64,000 nucleotides of DNA, from positions 434,001 to 498,000 of the forward strand of contig JBBPEB010000009.1 in assembly GCA_039096225.1 (NCBI GenBank), given 5' to 3'. The DNA comes from Blastocystis sp. Blastoise (Eukaryota; Protista; Bigyra: Opalinata). Below the pieces are notes generated by a model. That model saw only the letters and a program-made list of their open reading frames with translations, was not told the DNA's origin and made no database searches. Within the stretch, counting starts at the first letter, position 1. Every line of letters starts with the position of its first letter. The position numbers and the translations under genes are program-made. Below are positions 1 through 12,267 of the stretch, piece after piece.

Positions 1-26
1 CAATTTGAAGCTAATTTCTGTCTATA
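1..26 (-). CDS. Probable continuation of the RepHel helicase beyond the insertion
   Basis: Joining 6911 to 26 gives ...DSNTDI|YRQKLASN with no stop. Only 8 codons are visible. Confidence 0.6.
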
Positions 27-639
27 TCATTACTATATATATGAGAATAGGCAAAAAAATTCCCATTGGTCAGTTTTTGGAAAATGCATTTGATTGGCTA
101 AGGTATACTATAGTTTGTCGCCGCAACTCCTCTAAACTTACGGGGAGTTAACTTTTGAGTGAAACACAGTTCAATAGGATATAACGTGTAGTTGTGCACC
201 GTATATTTGGTTAAGCGATATTGTTTATAATTAAAAAGATATTAATAAAAGAACAGAAAACATGATTTTTGAGTCGTTTTTGATTGGCTCTTTGGGATGA
301 CCCCGATAAAAATTGTTGACCAGACAATTGGAAAATAAACATGGGGTAAACTTGATTTTTTCTCAATCCCACAATATACGTTATCCGTGTTTATTCTTTA
401 TATTTATCTATTTTTTAATACTTTTTCATATTGAACACGTGAGGCCTTAACGGTCAAATTTAGATTGTCAATTTGACATGATATTCTGATTCAGGAGGTC
501 CAAAAACCTAGGTGTAGCGATTTTCAGCTCCTGAGGACGATTTTTGAGTGATCGATATTTTCTTCGATCTTCTTATAATCGACTAATATTACAGCATAGT
601 AATCAATAGGTCCTCAAACTACTATAGTAGCAACGTGAT

Positions 640-2110
640 CTTAAAATAATGAGTTTTAGTGTCACAATTTTGAAAAATGTGAATTAAGTGGTCTTAGAGT
701 GAGAGATTCAATATAATGACTTTTGTTTAGTAAACTAGAGATAATACTCTATTCTATGTTAAAAGGAGAGTCAAAATTATGAAGGTCAAAGTGTATGACC
801 AAATGACAAAATGTGTCTTAAAAAGTAAAATGGTTTCTATATGTGTTCAAAATGTTGAATCACGTCTATTCTTTGAATAAGAGCTTTAAATAAATAGTTT
901 AAGGCTGTCAAATTCAAAAGAATGTGTAAAACATAGTCTTAAACTATGAATAAAAAATTTAGAGATATTAATTAGTGTACAGCTGTAGTAGCTCTACAAC
1001 ATATCAAAAGTTCAAAGAAAATAATTTTTAGAGAGTGGATGTGTGAAGGGTTGTGACTATTATTTAAAATTTATTTTCACTTCAGTTTGTTTAAAATCGT
1101 GAATTTCGTGCACTGTAGAAAAATTGAGTCAAAAAAACAACTCTAAGGATCTTAAATTTAAATAAATGTAAAAATGAGTGACTTAGAGGACGAGATTCAA
1201 TATTTGAGTGGTTATTCATTAAACTAGAGTGTATGAGCTATATTATGTTAAAAGGAGGGACGAAAATATGTTGATCAAAGTGTATGACCAAATGGTAAAG
1301 TCTTCTTAAAAAGCCTAAAGTGTTGACTAATGTGCTTATAGAGTCATCTAAAGTCTACTATGTAAATATTAGCTTTTAAAAATATGTTTAAGCCTTTCAA
1401 TTAGTAAAAATATGTTCAAAGAGAGTCATAAAATGAGAGTTTTAAGAAACGAGATATTGTTCAGTATACACTAAGAGACACTCTACAACATATCAAAAAT
1501 ATAGCAAAAACTATTTTTAGAGACTGCATGTGTAAAGGGTTGTGAGAGTTATTGAAAAAATATTTTTACTTCAGTTTGTGCAAAATCGTGTTTTTGGAGC
1601 ACTGTAGAAAAATTAACTTTAAAAATCAACTCTAAGGGTCTTAATTTTTAAAAATGTGAAAATGATTGACTTAGAGGACGAGATTCAAAATTCCCCCTCA
1701 CTTTCATATAACTAGACCACACAGTCTATATTATGTCAAAAGAAGGGACGAAAATATTTTGATCAAAGTGTATGACCAAATGGTAAAGTGTCTTTAAAAG
1801 TGTTATGATGATGACAGTTGTGTTTACATGTCTGAATCAAGTTTATTCTTAAAATATTAGCTTTAAATAGCAAGTTAAAGGTTGTCAATTTGTCAAAATG
1901 TTTTAAAGACTATCTTAAACAAAGAGATTCAAGAAGTTGACTTTCATTTTATACATTATATGTCTATATAAACACTTTACTAAAAGAACTTTGGAAAATA
2001 TTGTGGATGAGTGTTTTGTCAAATGGTAAAGTTGTATCAAGAGTGAATTGTTTCCATTCCTTTTTGTTTAAATCAATGTTTTATGTCCACTCTATAAAAA
2101 CTATCTTTTA
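640..2110. repeat. Three diverged tandem ~489-bp units within Helitron A (mirror ~23975-25445)
   Basis: CAAAGTGTATGACCAAATG at 787, 1276 and 1764. CTCTACAACATAT at 992 and 1481. GAGATTCAA recurs with the same period. Confidence 0.85.
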
Positions 2111-2452
2111 ATACTGAGTTTAACGTTTTAAAGTCAACATGTGTGTTTGGTTTGCTTACTTTTGAGAGTTGAAAATCAGTTTAAATTGATAAATTATGTT
2201 ATAGACGTCTATATTAATTGATTCAAACAGTTTTGAGATGACTTAGTTGTTTGAGTTAAAATGGATTTGTTCTCATTGTGACTGTTGTTGAGAAGAGGAA
2301 GTCTAAAAAAACTATAAACAGTTAGATATATGTATATAATGTCAAAATTTAAAAGGTATAATCTAAAAGAGATAAAAATAAGTTTAAAAAAAAGAGAAAA
2401 TATATATATATATATAATATGTAAAAAATATTAAAGAAAAAGAAAAATAAGA

Positions 2453-2519
2453 CTTCATGTCAGGAATTGAACCTGAAAACAATCTATAATGATTGTTTCT
2501 CTCCTTCTAGAGCATAAAG
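2453..2519 (-). ncRNA. tRNA-like cloverleaf, type 1 (copy A)
   Basis: CTTTATG-[CTCT AGAAGG AGAG]-[AAACAATC ATTATA GATTGTTT]-[TCAGG TTCAATT CCTGA]-CATGAAG. Contains a B-box-like GGTTCAATTCC. Confidence 0.6.
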
Positions 2520-2538
2520 GGAGTTTATAAATAATAAT

Positions 2539-2544
<6 letters not shown>

Positions 2545-2598
<54 letters not shown>

Positions 2599-3146
2599 AG
2601 ATATATATATATATATATATAGATATATATATATATATAGATATATAATAAGGAGAAAGTAGGAAGTAGGAAGTAGGAAGGAAGAAGGAAGAAGGAAGAA
2701 GGAAGGATGAAGAAGTAAGAAGGAAGGATGAAGAAGAAGGAAGAAAGAAGGATGAGGAAGAAGGAAATAGGAAGAATCAAGGATGGGGAAGAAGAAAGAA
2801 GGAAGAAGGAAGGAGGAAGAAGAATGAAGAACCAAGGTGAAGAAGAAGGGAGAAGTAAGAAGTAAGTACGAAGAATGAAGGAAGAATGATGAAGAAGGAA
2901 GAAGGAGGAAGAAGTAAAGAATGAAAAGAAAGAAGGCAGAAAGAAGAAGGAAGAAGGAAGAAGGAAGAAGGAAGAAGAAGGAAGGAAGAAGAAGTAAGTA
3001 GGAAAGATGAGGAAGAAGGAAGAAGTAAGAAGGAAGAAGAACGAAGATAGAAAGAAGAAAAAAAAAAACTAAGAAGAATATTAAACCTATATACAATAAA
3101 TAAACATAATAAATAAATAAATAAATAAATAAATAATAAACAATAA

Positions 3147-3179
<33 letters not shown>

Positions 3180-3290
3180 ATTAATAAATAAATAAACATA
3201 TAAAAAAAAATGAATAAATAAATAATAAATAAATAAATAAATAATAAAAAAAATGTAAACAATAAATAATAAAAATAATAAATAAAATAT
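2545..3290. repeat. (TA)n, ~410-bp GAA/GGAA polypurine tract (2651-3068) and (TAAA)n; mirror 22790-23540
   Basis: Visible directly. It accounts for the spurious F/L/S-rich ORFs. Confidence 0.9.
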
Positions 3291-3299
3291 AAATATATA

Positions 3300-3712
3300 C
3301 CTTTAAAATAACCTTGAACGACAGATTAAAGAAGGAAAATATTTAGCAACGAAGACCACAACACATCCATTGAAGTTTCTTTCCTATAGAATAAAAATTA
3401 TTAATAATATATAGAATAAATTATATGTAAAGACTAAATAAATAATATTGATAATAAAAATAATAAATAATAAAAACGAATTAACAAAAAGAAAAACAGA
3501 TCTTAAGAAATAAATAATATATTTATATACCTGATCATAAATAAACCATTTTACACAGCCAAGACCACTTCAAGAACACTTCACCACTATAACGAAGACA
3601 AATACAAAACAATCCTATAGAAAATGAAATATTTTAAATAAATAAATATATACATACAAATATATATAAAAATAATAACTAAACAATATCAAATAAATAA
3701 ATAAAACATACT
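3300..3712 (-). pseudogene. Spliced cargo unit with interrupted frames (mirror 22372-22996 +)
   Basis: In copy B, GTAT donors at 22372, 22553 and 22783 and TATAG acceptors at 22468, 22699 and 22996. No continuous frame found. Confidence 0.45.
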
Positions 3713-3985
3713 CAGTCAATCAATATAATTAAATATTTAAAAAATGTAAAAAACTATGTTTTTTGGGTACCCTAAATGTTTTTAATAGAAAATGACCCAA
3801 TTATTACTTTTAGAAATAAATCAATAAAAACTCAAGGGTTTTTATGATTTCTATTAAGTTTTAAGAAGCATATTTTTTATAAAAGACCCTTTTCTTTAAA
3901 AGTAGAAATATAAACACAATTTTTATATTAAGAGAAAACACTTATTTTTTATAATTAAAATATTATCTAAGATGCCTCAGAAGGC

Positions 3986-5237
3986 ATGATGCTATCAAGA
4001 TCGAAGTGTCTTAATGGAAAAATATGCTTTTTTTTCAAAAACCTTCAGGTATATTGTATCTATTTTTTATTATTATTTGTATATAGGTTCTTTTACTCAA
4101 TAAAATCCAGTTGCGTATGTTCTTGGTCTTGGTGGTACTTGCTCTGATGGTCTTAAAGGTATATATTTTCCATTTCTTTTTTTTTTAAATTATTTATTAT
4201 ATTATTTTAGGTTCTTCTATGTTATTTGTATCATACGGAGGCTGTGGTGTTGCCTGTTATGCTAACTGTGAAGGTATGTTGTCAATGATTTGTTTTTATT
4301 TTTTTAATTTTATTTATTTATAGGTTCTTCTGTTGTTTTAAATGATGCTAATGGTTCTAATGATGTGATTGTAGGTTCTTCTTATTGTATTGAAGGTATG
4401 TTGCCAATCATTTAATTTATTTTTATATTTTATTATTATTTTATTATTATTTCTATATATATATATAGGTTCTTCAGTTGCTGTGCATGTTGACAGTGGT
4501 GTTGATGATAGATGTCTGTGTGGTGTTGAAGGTTCTTCTGATGCTTTCAATACTGCTGTTGATGTTGTTGGTGATCAGATAGACTGTTCCTATGGTATTA
4601 AAGGTATATATATATATTGTCATTCATTTATTATTATTTTTTTTTATTTATTATTTGTCTATTACTGTTTCTTTATAGGTTCTTTTATTGTTGTGTGTGT
4701 GGTTGCTGAAGGTGTTAATAATTAAGGTATGTCTATTTTTTTAATTTAATTTAGTTTATTTTTATTTATTATTTATATATAGGTCCTTCTATTCTGATCG
4801 AGTCTTCTATTATAGGTAATGAAAGGTATATACTTATTTCTTCCTTTCTTTTTTTTTTAATTTATTAATTATCTTATCATTATATATAGGTTCTTCAAGT
4901 CAGTTATGATATGATACTTATTTTTCTGTTCCTTCTTTAGAAGGTATATATATATTTTTATTGTTTATATATTTTTTATTATTTATTATATATAGGTGTC
5001 TTTTCTAATAGGGGATCTTATCACCCTAATGTTGGCTTTTATTTTAATAATAAAAATATATCTAAAGGTATATATATATATATATATATAACAAATATTT
5101 ATATTTCTTTTAATATATATATCTATATATTTTATCTATATAGTGATGGTGTAAATAGTTCTTTAATGCTGAAGGTATATATATATATATTTATCTTTTA
5201 TTTCTATAGGTTCTTCTAATTTGGTTGGCATACTTAA
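3986..5237 (+). pseudogene. Array of ~12 short exons (G|GTTCTT...AAG|GTAT) encoding GSS..EG/KG peptides, partly decayed
   Basis: Exons 4087-4158, 4211-4273, 4324-4395, 4469-4531, 4532-4603, 4679-4726, 4783-4825, 4890-4943, 4996-5067 and 5144-5174. Three exons contain in-frame stops and two have non-3n lengths. Confidence 0.6.
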
Positions 5238-5579
5238 CATATTATTTCATTTTTGTTTTGTTTTGTTTTGCTTTGTTTATTATTATTATTTTTTTTTTCA
5301 CAGATAATATCTTTCTATTATCTGCTTTCTTAGTATTATTTATTTATTTTTGTTTTGTTCGTTTTTTATAATTTTTATTGTGCTTACTATTAAGATAATT
5401 TTGAAATTAGTTAATGTTATTAGTATGTGGTCCTTAATATTGTTTTAATTTATAATAACATTCATTTATCACCTAATCTGATATAGACTAGCGATATAAT
5501 TACATCAATGATTGAGTTATTATTAAGTTTTGTATTCTCCACTTTCATTTATATATTTAATTATGTGTAAAATTGTAAG

Positions 5580-6780
5580 CAATAAGAAATGTGAAAAAAT
5601 AGGTTATTAAATTAAGAGATTTAAAATTATAGAAATTGTTTAATATAGAACAACATGTACTCTACAACATATTAAAAAATAAGAGAATTTCATTTTTGAC
5701 AAGTGAATTAACAATGCGTTTGAGTTGTTCAGAAATTTTAAAGAGTTAGTCTATTCTTTTAAAATTGTGTTTTTGTTATACTATGAAAATTTTGACTTTT
5801 AAAAACAAGTTTAAAGGGATTATTTTTTTAAAATGTAGAAATGAATTATCCAAAGGACGAGATTCAATATAAAACATTTTATTTATCAAACTATTATTTA
5901 TAGTCTGAATTATATTAAAAGGAGGGACAAAAATACTCTTGACAAAGTGTATGACCAAATGAAAAATGTTTATAAAGAGTGTCAAAATGGTAGTTAATGT
6001 ATTGGCAGAGTTATGTCGAGCATAGCGTTAAAATATAAGCTTTTTAAATTAACTATAAGTGTGTTAACTTTTCAAAATGTATAAAAAAGGGTCTTTAGGT
6101 CAGAGATTCAAGACATTCAACTATAAGTAATATATGACATAATGAGATCTATATTGTGTGAAAGTTATGTCTAAAACTATTTTGATACACTGGATATCAA
6201 AATGGTGAAGTCTCTTTACAAGCGATATTGCTGACACTTTTATGTATAGAAATGCTTTTTAGAGTGACATTATTAATATTAATTCTAAAATTATGTGTTT
6301 AAGTCGTTAAAGTGAAAATGAATGTTGACTTTGTTGTGTTAGATTCGTTTTAGTTTTATGAAATGGTTAAAGAAAGTGTAAACTACCTTATTATAATCTA
6401 TTTAAAATGATTTTACATAATAATGACTTTCAATACTTAACATTGTGACCCATTTCTAAATTTATTAGCTTTAGAAACTCCATAATAATTAAAGCAGTAA
6501 CTCAACTATTTATAAATACAAAATATATTTTTAAAATAATAAATAACAAATATAATGATTCAAAAACGATTTCTTATTTTTTTTAAGTATTATTTTTAGT
6601 GTTTCAGATACTATTCAAAAAATTCAATTTAATTCTTATATCAGGAATTGAACCTGATTATAATCAACAAATGATTATTACTCTCCATATAGAGTATAAG
6701 AAGTGTTAATAAAATAATATATATAATATATAATATATAATATATAATAAATAATAAGTAACATATTATAGATAATATTT
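5580..6780. repeat. Diverged internal duplicate of ~1400-2600 (offset ~4180)
   Basis: CTCTACAACATAT 1481/5660, CAAAGTGTATGACCAAATG 1764/5943, CAGGAATTGAACCTGA 2461/6642. Confidence 0.8.
6633..6702 (-). ncRNA. tRNA-like cloverleaf, type 2 (copy A)
   Basis: TTCTTATA-[CTCT ATATGG AGAG]-TA[ATAATC ATTTGTT GATTAT]AA-[TCAGG TTCAATT CCTGA]-TATAAGAA. Confidence 0.6.
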
Positions 6781-6863
6781 AATAAATAATATATATTATA
6801 TAATATATAGTAGATAATAAGGAAAGAAAGTGAATAAAAACAAAACACTTATTATTCATTGCA

Positions 6864-6900
6864 GCCGCGGTCCGGTGCCGTTAGGCCCCGGACCTGCGGC
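6864..6900 (+). terminator. Helitron 3' subterminal hairpin (rolling-circle termination signal), copy A
   Basis: GCCGC/GCGGC + GGTCCGG/CCGGACC + GCC/GGC with a GTTA loop, ending 6 nt before CTAG. Confidence 0.9.
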
Positions 6901-6910
6901 GTGACCCTAG

Positions 6911-9900
6911 TATATCTGTATTTGAATCATTAATAAATTCATGAAATATTTCTTCACCTATATTCTCATCACAAATGCATTCTCTTGGAATATGTACTTT
7001 ATCTTTTGATAATAATCTTAATTCATTATTACATCTCTCACCATTTCCTATCTTCAATAAGAATTCTTTAAATTCTATTTCATTTGCATTTGCTCTCATA
7101 TTTTCTGTTAATTGAAATTGATTAAATTCATTCCAAATATCTAAATATTTAATACATAAAGGAACAATATCAGCTTCTTTTCCATGAGCTACTACTGGTA
7201 AACATTGTCTAAAATCTCCACCTAATACTATTGTTTTACCTGCAAATGGAATATCTATCTCATCATTATATAAGAATCTTAATAATCGATCAACTACTTT
7301 TAAAGCATATTTAGAAGCCATAGGAGCTTCATCCCATATTATTATTTTACATTTCTTAATTTGTTCTGCTCTTGGAGATCCTCTTGAAATAGAAGAAGAA
7401 GAAGATTCATTTAATTCAAAAGGTAATCCAAATTGTGAATGAGATGTTTTTCCTCCACATAATAAAGTAGCTGCAATACCTGTCCATGCAACTGCTATCA
7501 CATCATCTATATTATTTCTTATTGATTTAATTATTGTATTATAAAGAAATGTTTTTCCAGTTCCTCCTGGTCCATCTATAAAAAACATATTATTTCTATG
7601 AGGTTCATTATTATTCACTGATTCCATTATTGATTCATATACTCTTCTTTGTCCTTCATTTAATAAACTTATATTTCTTTCTGCTATTCTATGATCTTCT
7701 TCAAAATTAATTCCTTCAGATTCATAATCTATCATATTAGTATTATTATCAAATTGTGGTAAATTAGTACTTTGATATCCTCCATTATGTTTATTTGTAT
7801 CTATGACACTTCTTATATGATTTAATGCTCTAGGTATACAATATTCTTCTATTATTCTATTCACTTCATTATCTTCTGAATCTAATACATATGCATCTTG
7901 TCTATCTATACTTATATATTCATTTATATATTGATGAAAGAAATCATCTATCATATCATTCCTATAAGTATTCCAAATAGATAATGGATCAGTAATAGGA
8001 TAATAAGAACAAAGTAAACCAAATAATTGTCTTAATTGCCAAGGAGTAGCATCTATTACTTCATTTGCAAGAATATCATAATATTCTGTATCATCTACTA
8101 ATAATCCTCTTGCTATACAGGATTCTCTATATGTATTATATATTTGGCCTTCATAACATTTTAAATCATCAAAACTTAATGGACGACTTACATGTAATAA
8201 AAGTATTCTTAAACAAAATAAATTATCATTTGTAGGATCTATATAAGGAAGTCTTCCTATTACTTTATTATTTCTTCTTCTATGATTCCATTTCTTTAAT
8301 TTTGAATCATATGTATAATATTTAGGAAATTCTATATAAGTTAAAATAGAGGGTTCATCCATTGTTCCTCTTGATTCTTCATTTATATATAAATCATTCA
8401 TTTTAAAATATGCTGTTAACATTGTATCTTGATTCATTATTCTATCTAAAGCTCTTTCTTCATCTCCTTCTACATAATATACAGTTCTATCATTCTCATC
8501 ATGAATATCTAAAGTAATTACACTCACATTACAATACTTTATTGGAAATCCATATATTCTCCACATTGCTTCAGGAGCTGATAAATATCTTCCTTTTAAA
8601 TAAGATTTCATTTCATTTGGTATTTCTATTTCATTTCTATTTGAATTATTTGGATTATTATTATTAGTATTATTATTAGTATTATCTTCTCTTTCTATTT
8701 CTGCATTAATAGAATCATGTCCTTTAAAAGCATATTTAAATATATATTTAGGACTTCTTACAGAAGAACATACTTCTACATTAATATGGCAACCTATTCT
8801 TAATGATAAATATGGATTATATGGAACTACCCATCTATTATCTAAAGTATTATTTACATTTGATTGCCTACCTATTACATATACTCTACCATTATCTCTT
8901 CTTCTATAATTTGGATATCCATCTTCATTTATTGTAGTTTCATTTCTATATTCTTTTGGAAATTTCTTTGAACAATATTGTTGACCATTTATTTCTTTCA
9001 TACATTGAGATGTTCTTGTATGAGGACCATGCATATTCATTGAAGTAATAATTTCATATAATCTTGGATTCTTTATAGGATCAGGAATTTCTGCACATAT
9101 ATAGGAATCTATATCTTCAGGAGTTCTTAATTTATATTCATTCTCTAAAGTAATTAAAATATGTGCATGAGGCATTCCTCTCTTTTGATATTCTATTGAA
9201 TAACATAAACATTTTACTTCTCCAAATACTTTAAAGTTTGTTATCAAATGAGTTAAGATTTTCAATTTTATATAAAATACTCTATCTACTATATCAGGTC
9301 TCATCCAAGGTTGTTGACCTTCTTCTAATGATTCTAAGATTTCTGGCCAATTTGGATTGCAAGTCATGGTTATAAATAAATCTGGTTTACCATAAGCTCT
9401 TACAATAGCCATTGTTTCTAAGTAAGAATTCTTCATATATCGAGGACCACCTACAAAACTTGATGGAATAATAACTGCTTTTCCCATTCTACTTCTTATA
9501 TATTCATCACTAAATCCATTTCGTATCATCTCATTCACTGTATCTCTAAATACAGAATATTTCTCTGATCTTAATTTTGTTTGATTATTTGCTATAAATA
9601 ATAATCTTGAATATTCTATTTTTGTAGCTGCATCAACCATAAATTGTAATAATAATTTTTCAAATAATAATAAATAATTCTTATGATTAGGATGTCTTGT
9701 ATATAATAAATAGGAATAGAATTCTCTTAATGAAATAGTAGGTATAGTATAAAATTCATTTCCTAAAATATCTAATGGAAATCCTCTTTCTGATCTATTT
9801 CTAAAAATTGGAATAATTCTCATAGATTTTGAATCATCTCCATTACTATCATTATTCTCTGTATGATTATTATTTATTCTATAATTATTTCTATTATTTA

Positions 9901-12267
9901 ATTCATTTTCTACTTCTTCTATTATTTCATTCTCATTATTATTATTATTAGTTGAATTTGAAATATTTCTATTATTATTATTATTATTTTGACGATTTAA
10001 ATGTAATTCAGAATTACGTATAATATTAGAAGTAGATTCTAAACTCCATAATGGTAATCCATAAGGAAACATTAATGGATATATTAAAGGATCACAAAAA
10101 GGATTATTATAACTAAGATTTGTTATTTGTTGTTCTGATATATTTTCATTATTATTTTCATTTTCATTTTCAATTTCATTATTACTATTATTTCTTCTTC
10201 TTCTTCTTGGATAACATGAAAGATTAATATTTGGTAAACCTTCATCATTTTGTTTTGGTATAATCATAGCTATTTCATTTGTTGTAGTAGGAGCATTAAA
10301 TCTTCTTCTATCATCATAATTACTTATTTTAAATTGTAATTTTAAATTTACTTGTGAATAAGTAGTATTATTTATTCTTCTTGATTCTGTTACTTGTTCA
10401 TGTAATGTTTTAAAAGATTCATATATTTTATTATTATTTCTTATCATAGAATCAATACTTAATAATAAATCAGAAGATAATTCTGAAAACATACTATTTC
10501 CATTTCGAATATGAAGAGCTTCTTCTTCATCATAAATATATATTTGATTAAAAGAAGGAGGAGAATTATCAGAAGGATATAAATCACTCATAGAATGATA
10601 TACATTACCATGAACTCTATAAAAATATGGTCCTGGACCATTCATTCTTGTTACTACATTAGAACATGACATAGAAGCAAAAGCAAAAGCATTATTATAT
10701 CTTCTTATCTCATTTCTAAATAATTTATTATTTGGTGTTTGACTCTTTAATTGATTTAATAATTCATTTGGAAGATTTATAGGTGATTCTACTTTCACTT
10801 TCCCATTATTACAACACATTGTATAATTTGAATTTCTTGTAATGATATAATCATGATCTCCTTCATAGTATTCAAATTGTATTCTTGAATCATTAATTAA
10901 ATTAATGTATTTTTTATATGTAGAATTTTTTGTGATATAAAAGTTTGTTTTTTCTGCTTCAAAATGAAGAGCTTCACAATGAATACAAACGTGATTCATT
11001 TTACCTATATTATAATATTCATATTTATTATTTCCTTGAATATCTCTTTCATTCTCTTCTATTATTTGTTCTCCATTTCCTATACATAATATAATAATAG
11101 TTTTATTATCATAAAGAAAGAATTATAAAAATGATATAATATTAAGCATACTTAATTTAATACATGCTTCACAATTTTCAAATCTTATCACAATAGGAAT
11201 ATTGCTATTATTTTCTTCATTATTATTTTCATTTTGATTATCTATATCTATATCGTTATTATTTGTAGAGTTTATTGGTTCTATTTGCAAAATAGGATTA
11301 TTAGTAGTATTAGAAGGAATAATAGGTGTGAAATCACTATCTGTACTTGAATCATTATCTGAAGTAGAAGAATCAAAACTAATTCTTCTTCTATGATTAT
11401 TTATATTTGTTGATAATAAATTATTATTATTAGGATTTTGAATGGGAGATATTTGATAATAATTTAATATATCTAATATTGATGATCTTGGTAAAGGAGG
11501 AATAATAGAATGATTATTATTACTATTATGAGAAGAAGAAGAAGAATTAATAATTCTTGAATCAAGAGGAGATAATCTAGGAGGTGTTATAATGAGAGAA
11601 GTAGAAGGAGATACTATTTGATTATTTGTATTAGAATTTGGTGTATTATATATAGTTGGAGTATTAATATTATTGATCATATTATTATCTGAAAGTATAT
11701 CATTATTGTGTTGATTATGTAAAGGAGTTACAGGATTATTTAATATTATAGGTTGTGTATTATCATTTGTTTCATTATTTTCAAAAATAAAAGTAGAATT
11801 AAAACTATCATCAATTATTGATTGAGATATACTTTCATTATTATTATTTATTTCAGATTCTATAAAATTTGTTTCATTAATTAAAGTTTCAGATATATTT
11901 TCGTTATTTAAACTTGTATTATTATTAGAATCTGGCTCTATTAAATTGATTTCATTAATTAATGTTTCGATTGTGTTATTATTATATGAATTTGTATTAT
12001 TACTTTGAGTTGAAGTATTATCTGAAATAGGAGAAGAAGAAGAAGAAGATATAGTTGCTATATTGTTTAGTTGTATTGGGTGTTGTTCAGTTACTATTTC
12101 TTCATTATTTAAAGAATTATTTGTATTGAATAATGAATTGTCTTGATTAAAAGCATTTTGATTTTCGTTTAATATTTGGTCATTAATCCTTTTAGATTTG
12201 TGGGTATTCAAAAAATTCCCAAATATATCTCTTCTCTTAAGAGAATTAAATCGCTTTCTTTTGTTTC
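6911..12267 (-). CDS. Helitron Rep-helicase (HUH Y2 endonuclease + Pif1-family SF1B helicase), interrupted by copy A
   Basis: Rep motifs PDLFITMTCNPNWPEI, EYQKRGMPHAHIL and KYIFKYAFKGHD. Helicase motifs DGPGGTGKT, AWTGIAA, IIWDEAPM, LGGDFRQCLPV and LTENMRA. Zn-finger-like GKMNHVCIHC. Intron 11080-11151 joins the N/S-rich ORF 11152-12267 in frame. The ORF tail LGSRRRSGA* (6881-6910) is read from copy A's end. Confidence 0.95.

Larger units (their letters stand above)
27..6910 (+). mobile_element. Non-autonomous Helitron, copy A (6884 bp), inserted A|T into the RepHel gene
   Basis: Starts TCATTACTATATATATGAG after A26. Ends with a GC hairpin (6864-6900), GTGACC and CTAG (6907-6910), followed by T6911. 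No TSD. Boundaries coincide with the limits of identity to copy B. Confidence 0.93.

Noticed and set aside
2455-3262. F/L/S/Y-rich ORFs (and mirrors at 22821-23627)
   Set aside because: These are translations of CTT and TA microsatellites.
6911-12267. Helentron/Helitron2 classification
   Set aside because: The visible termini are canonical TC/CTAG at A|T. An endonuclease domain would lie outside the window and cannot be assessed.
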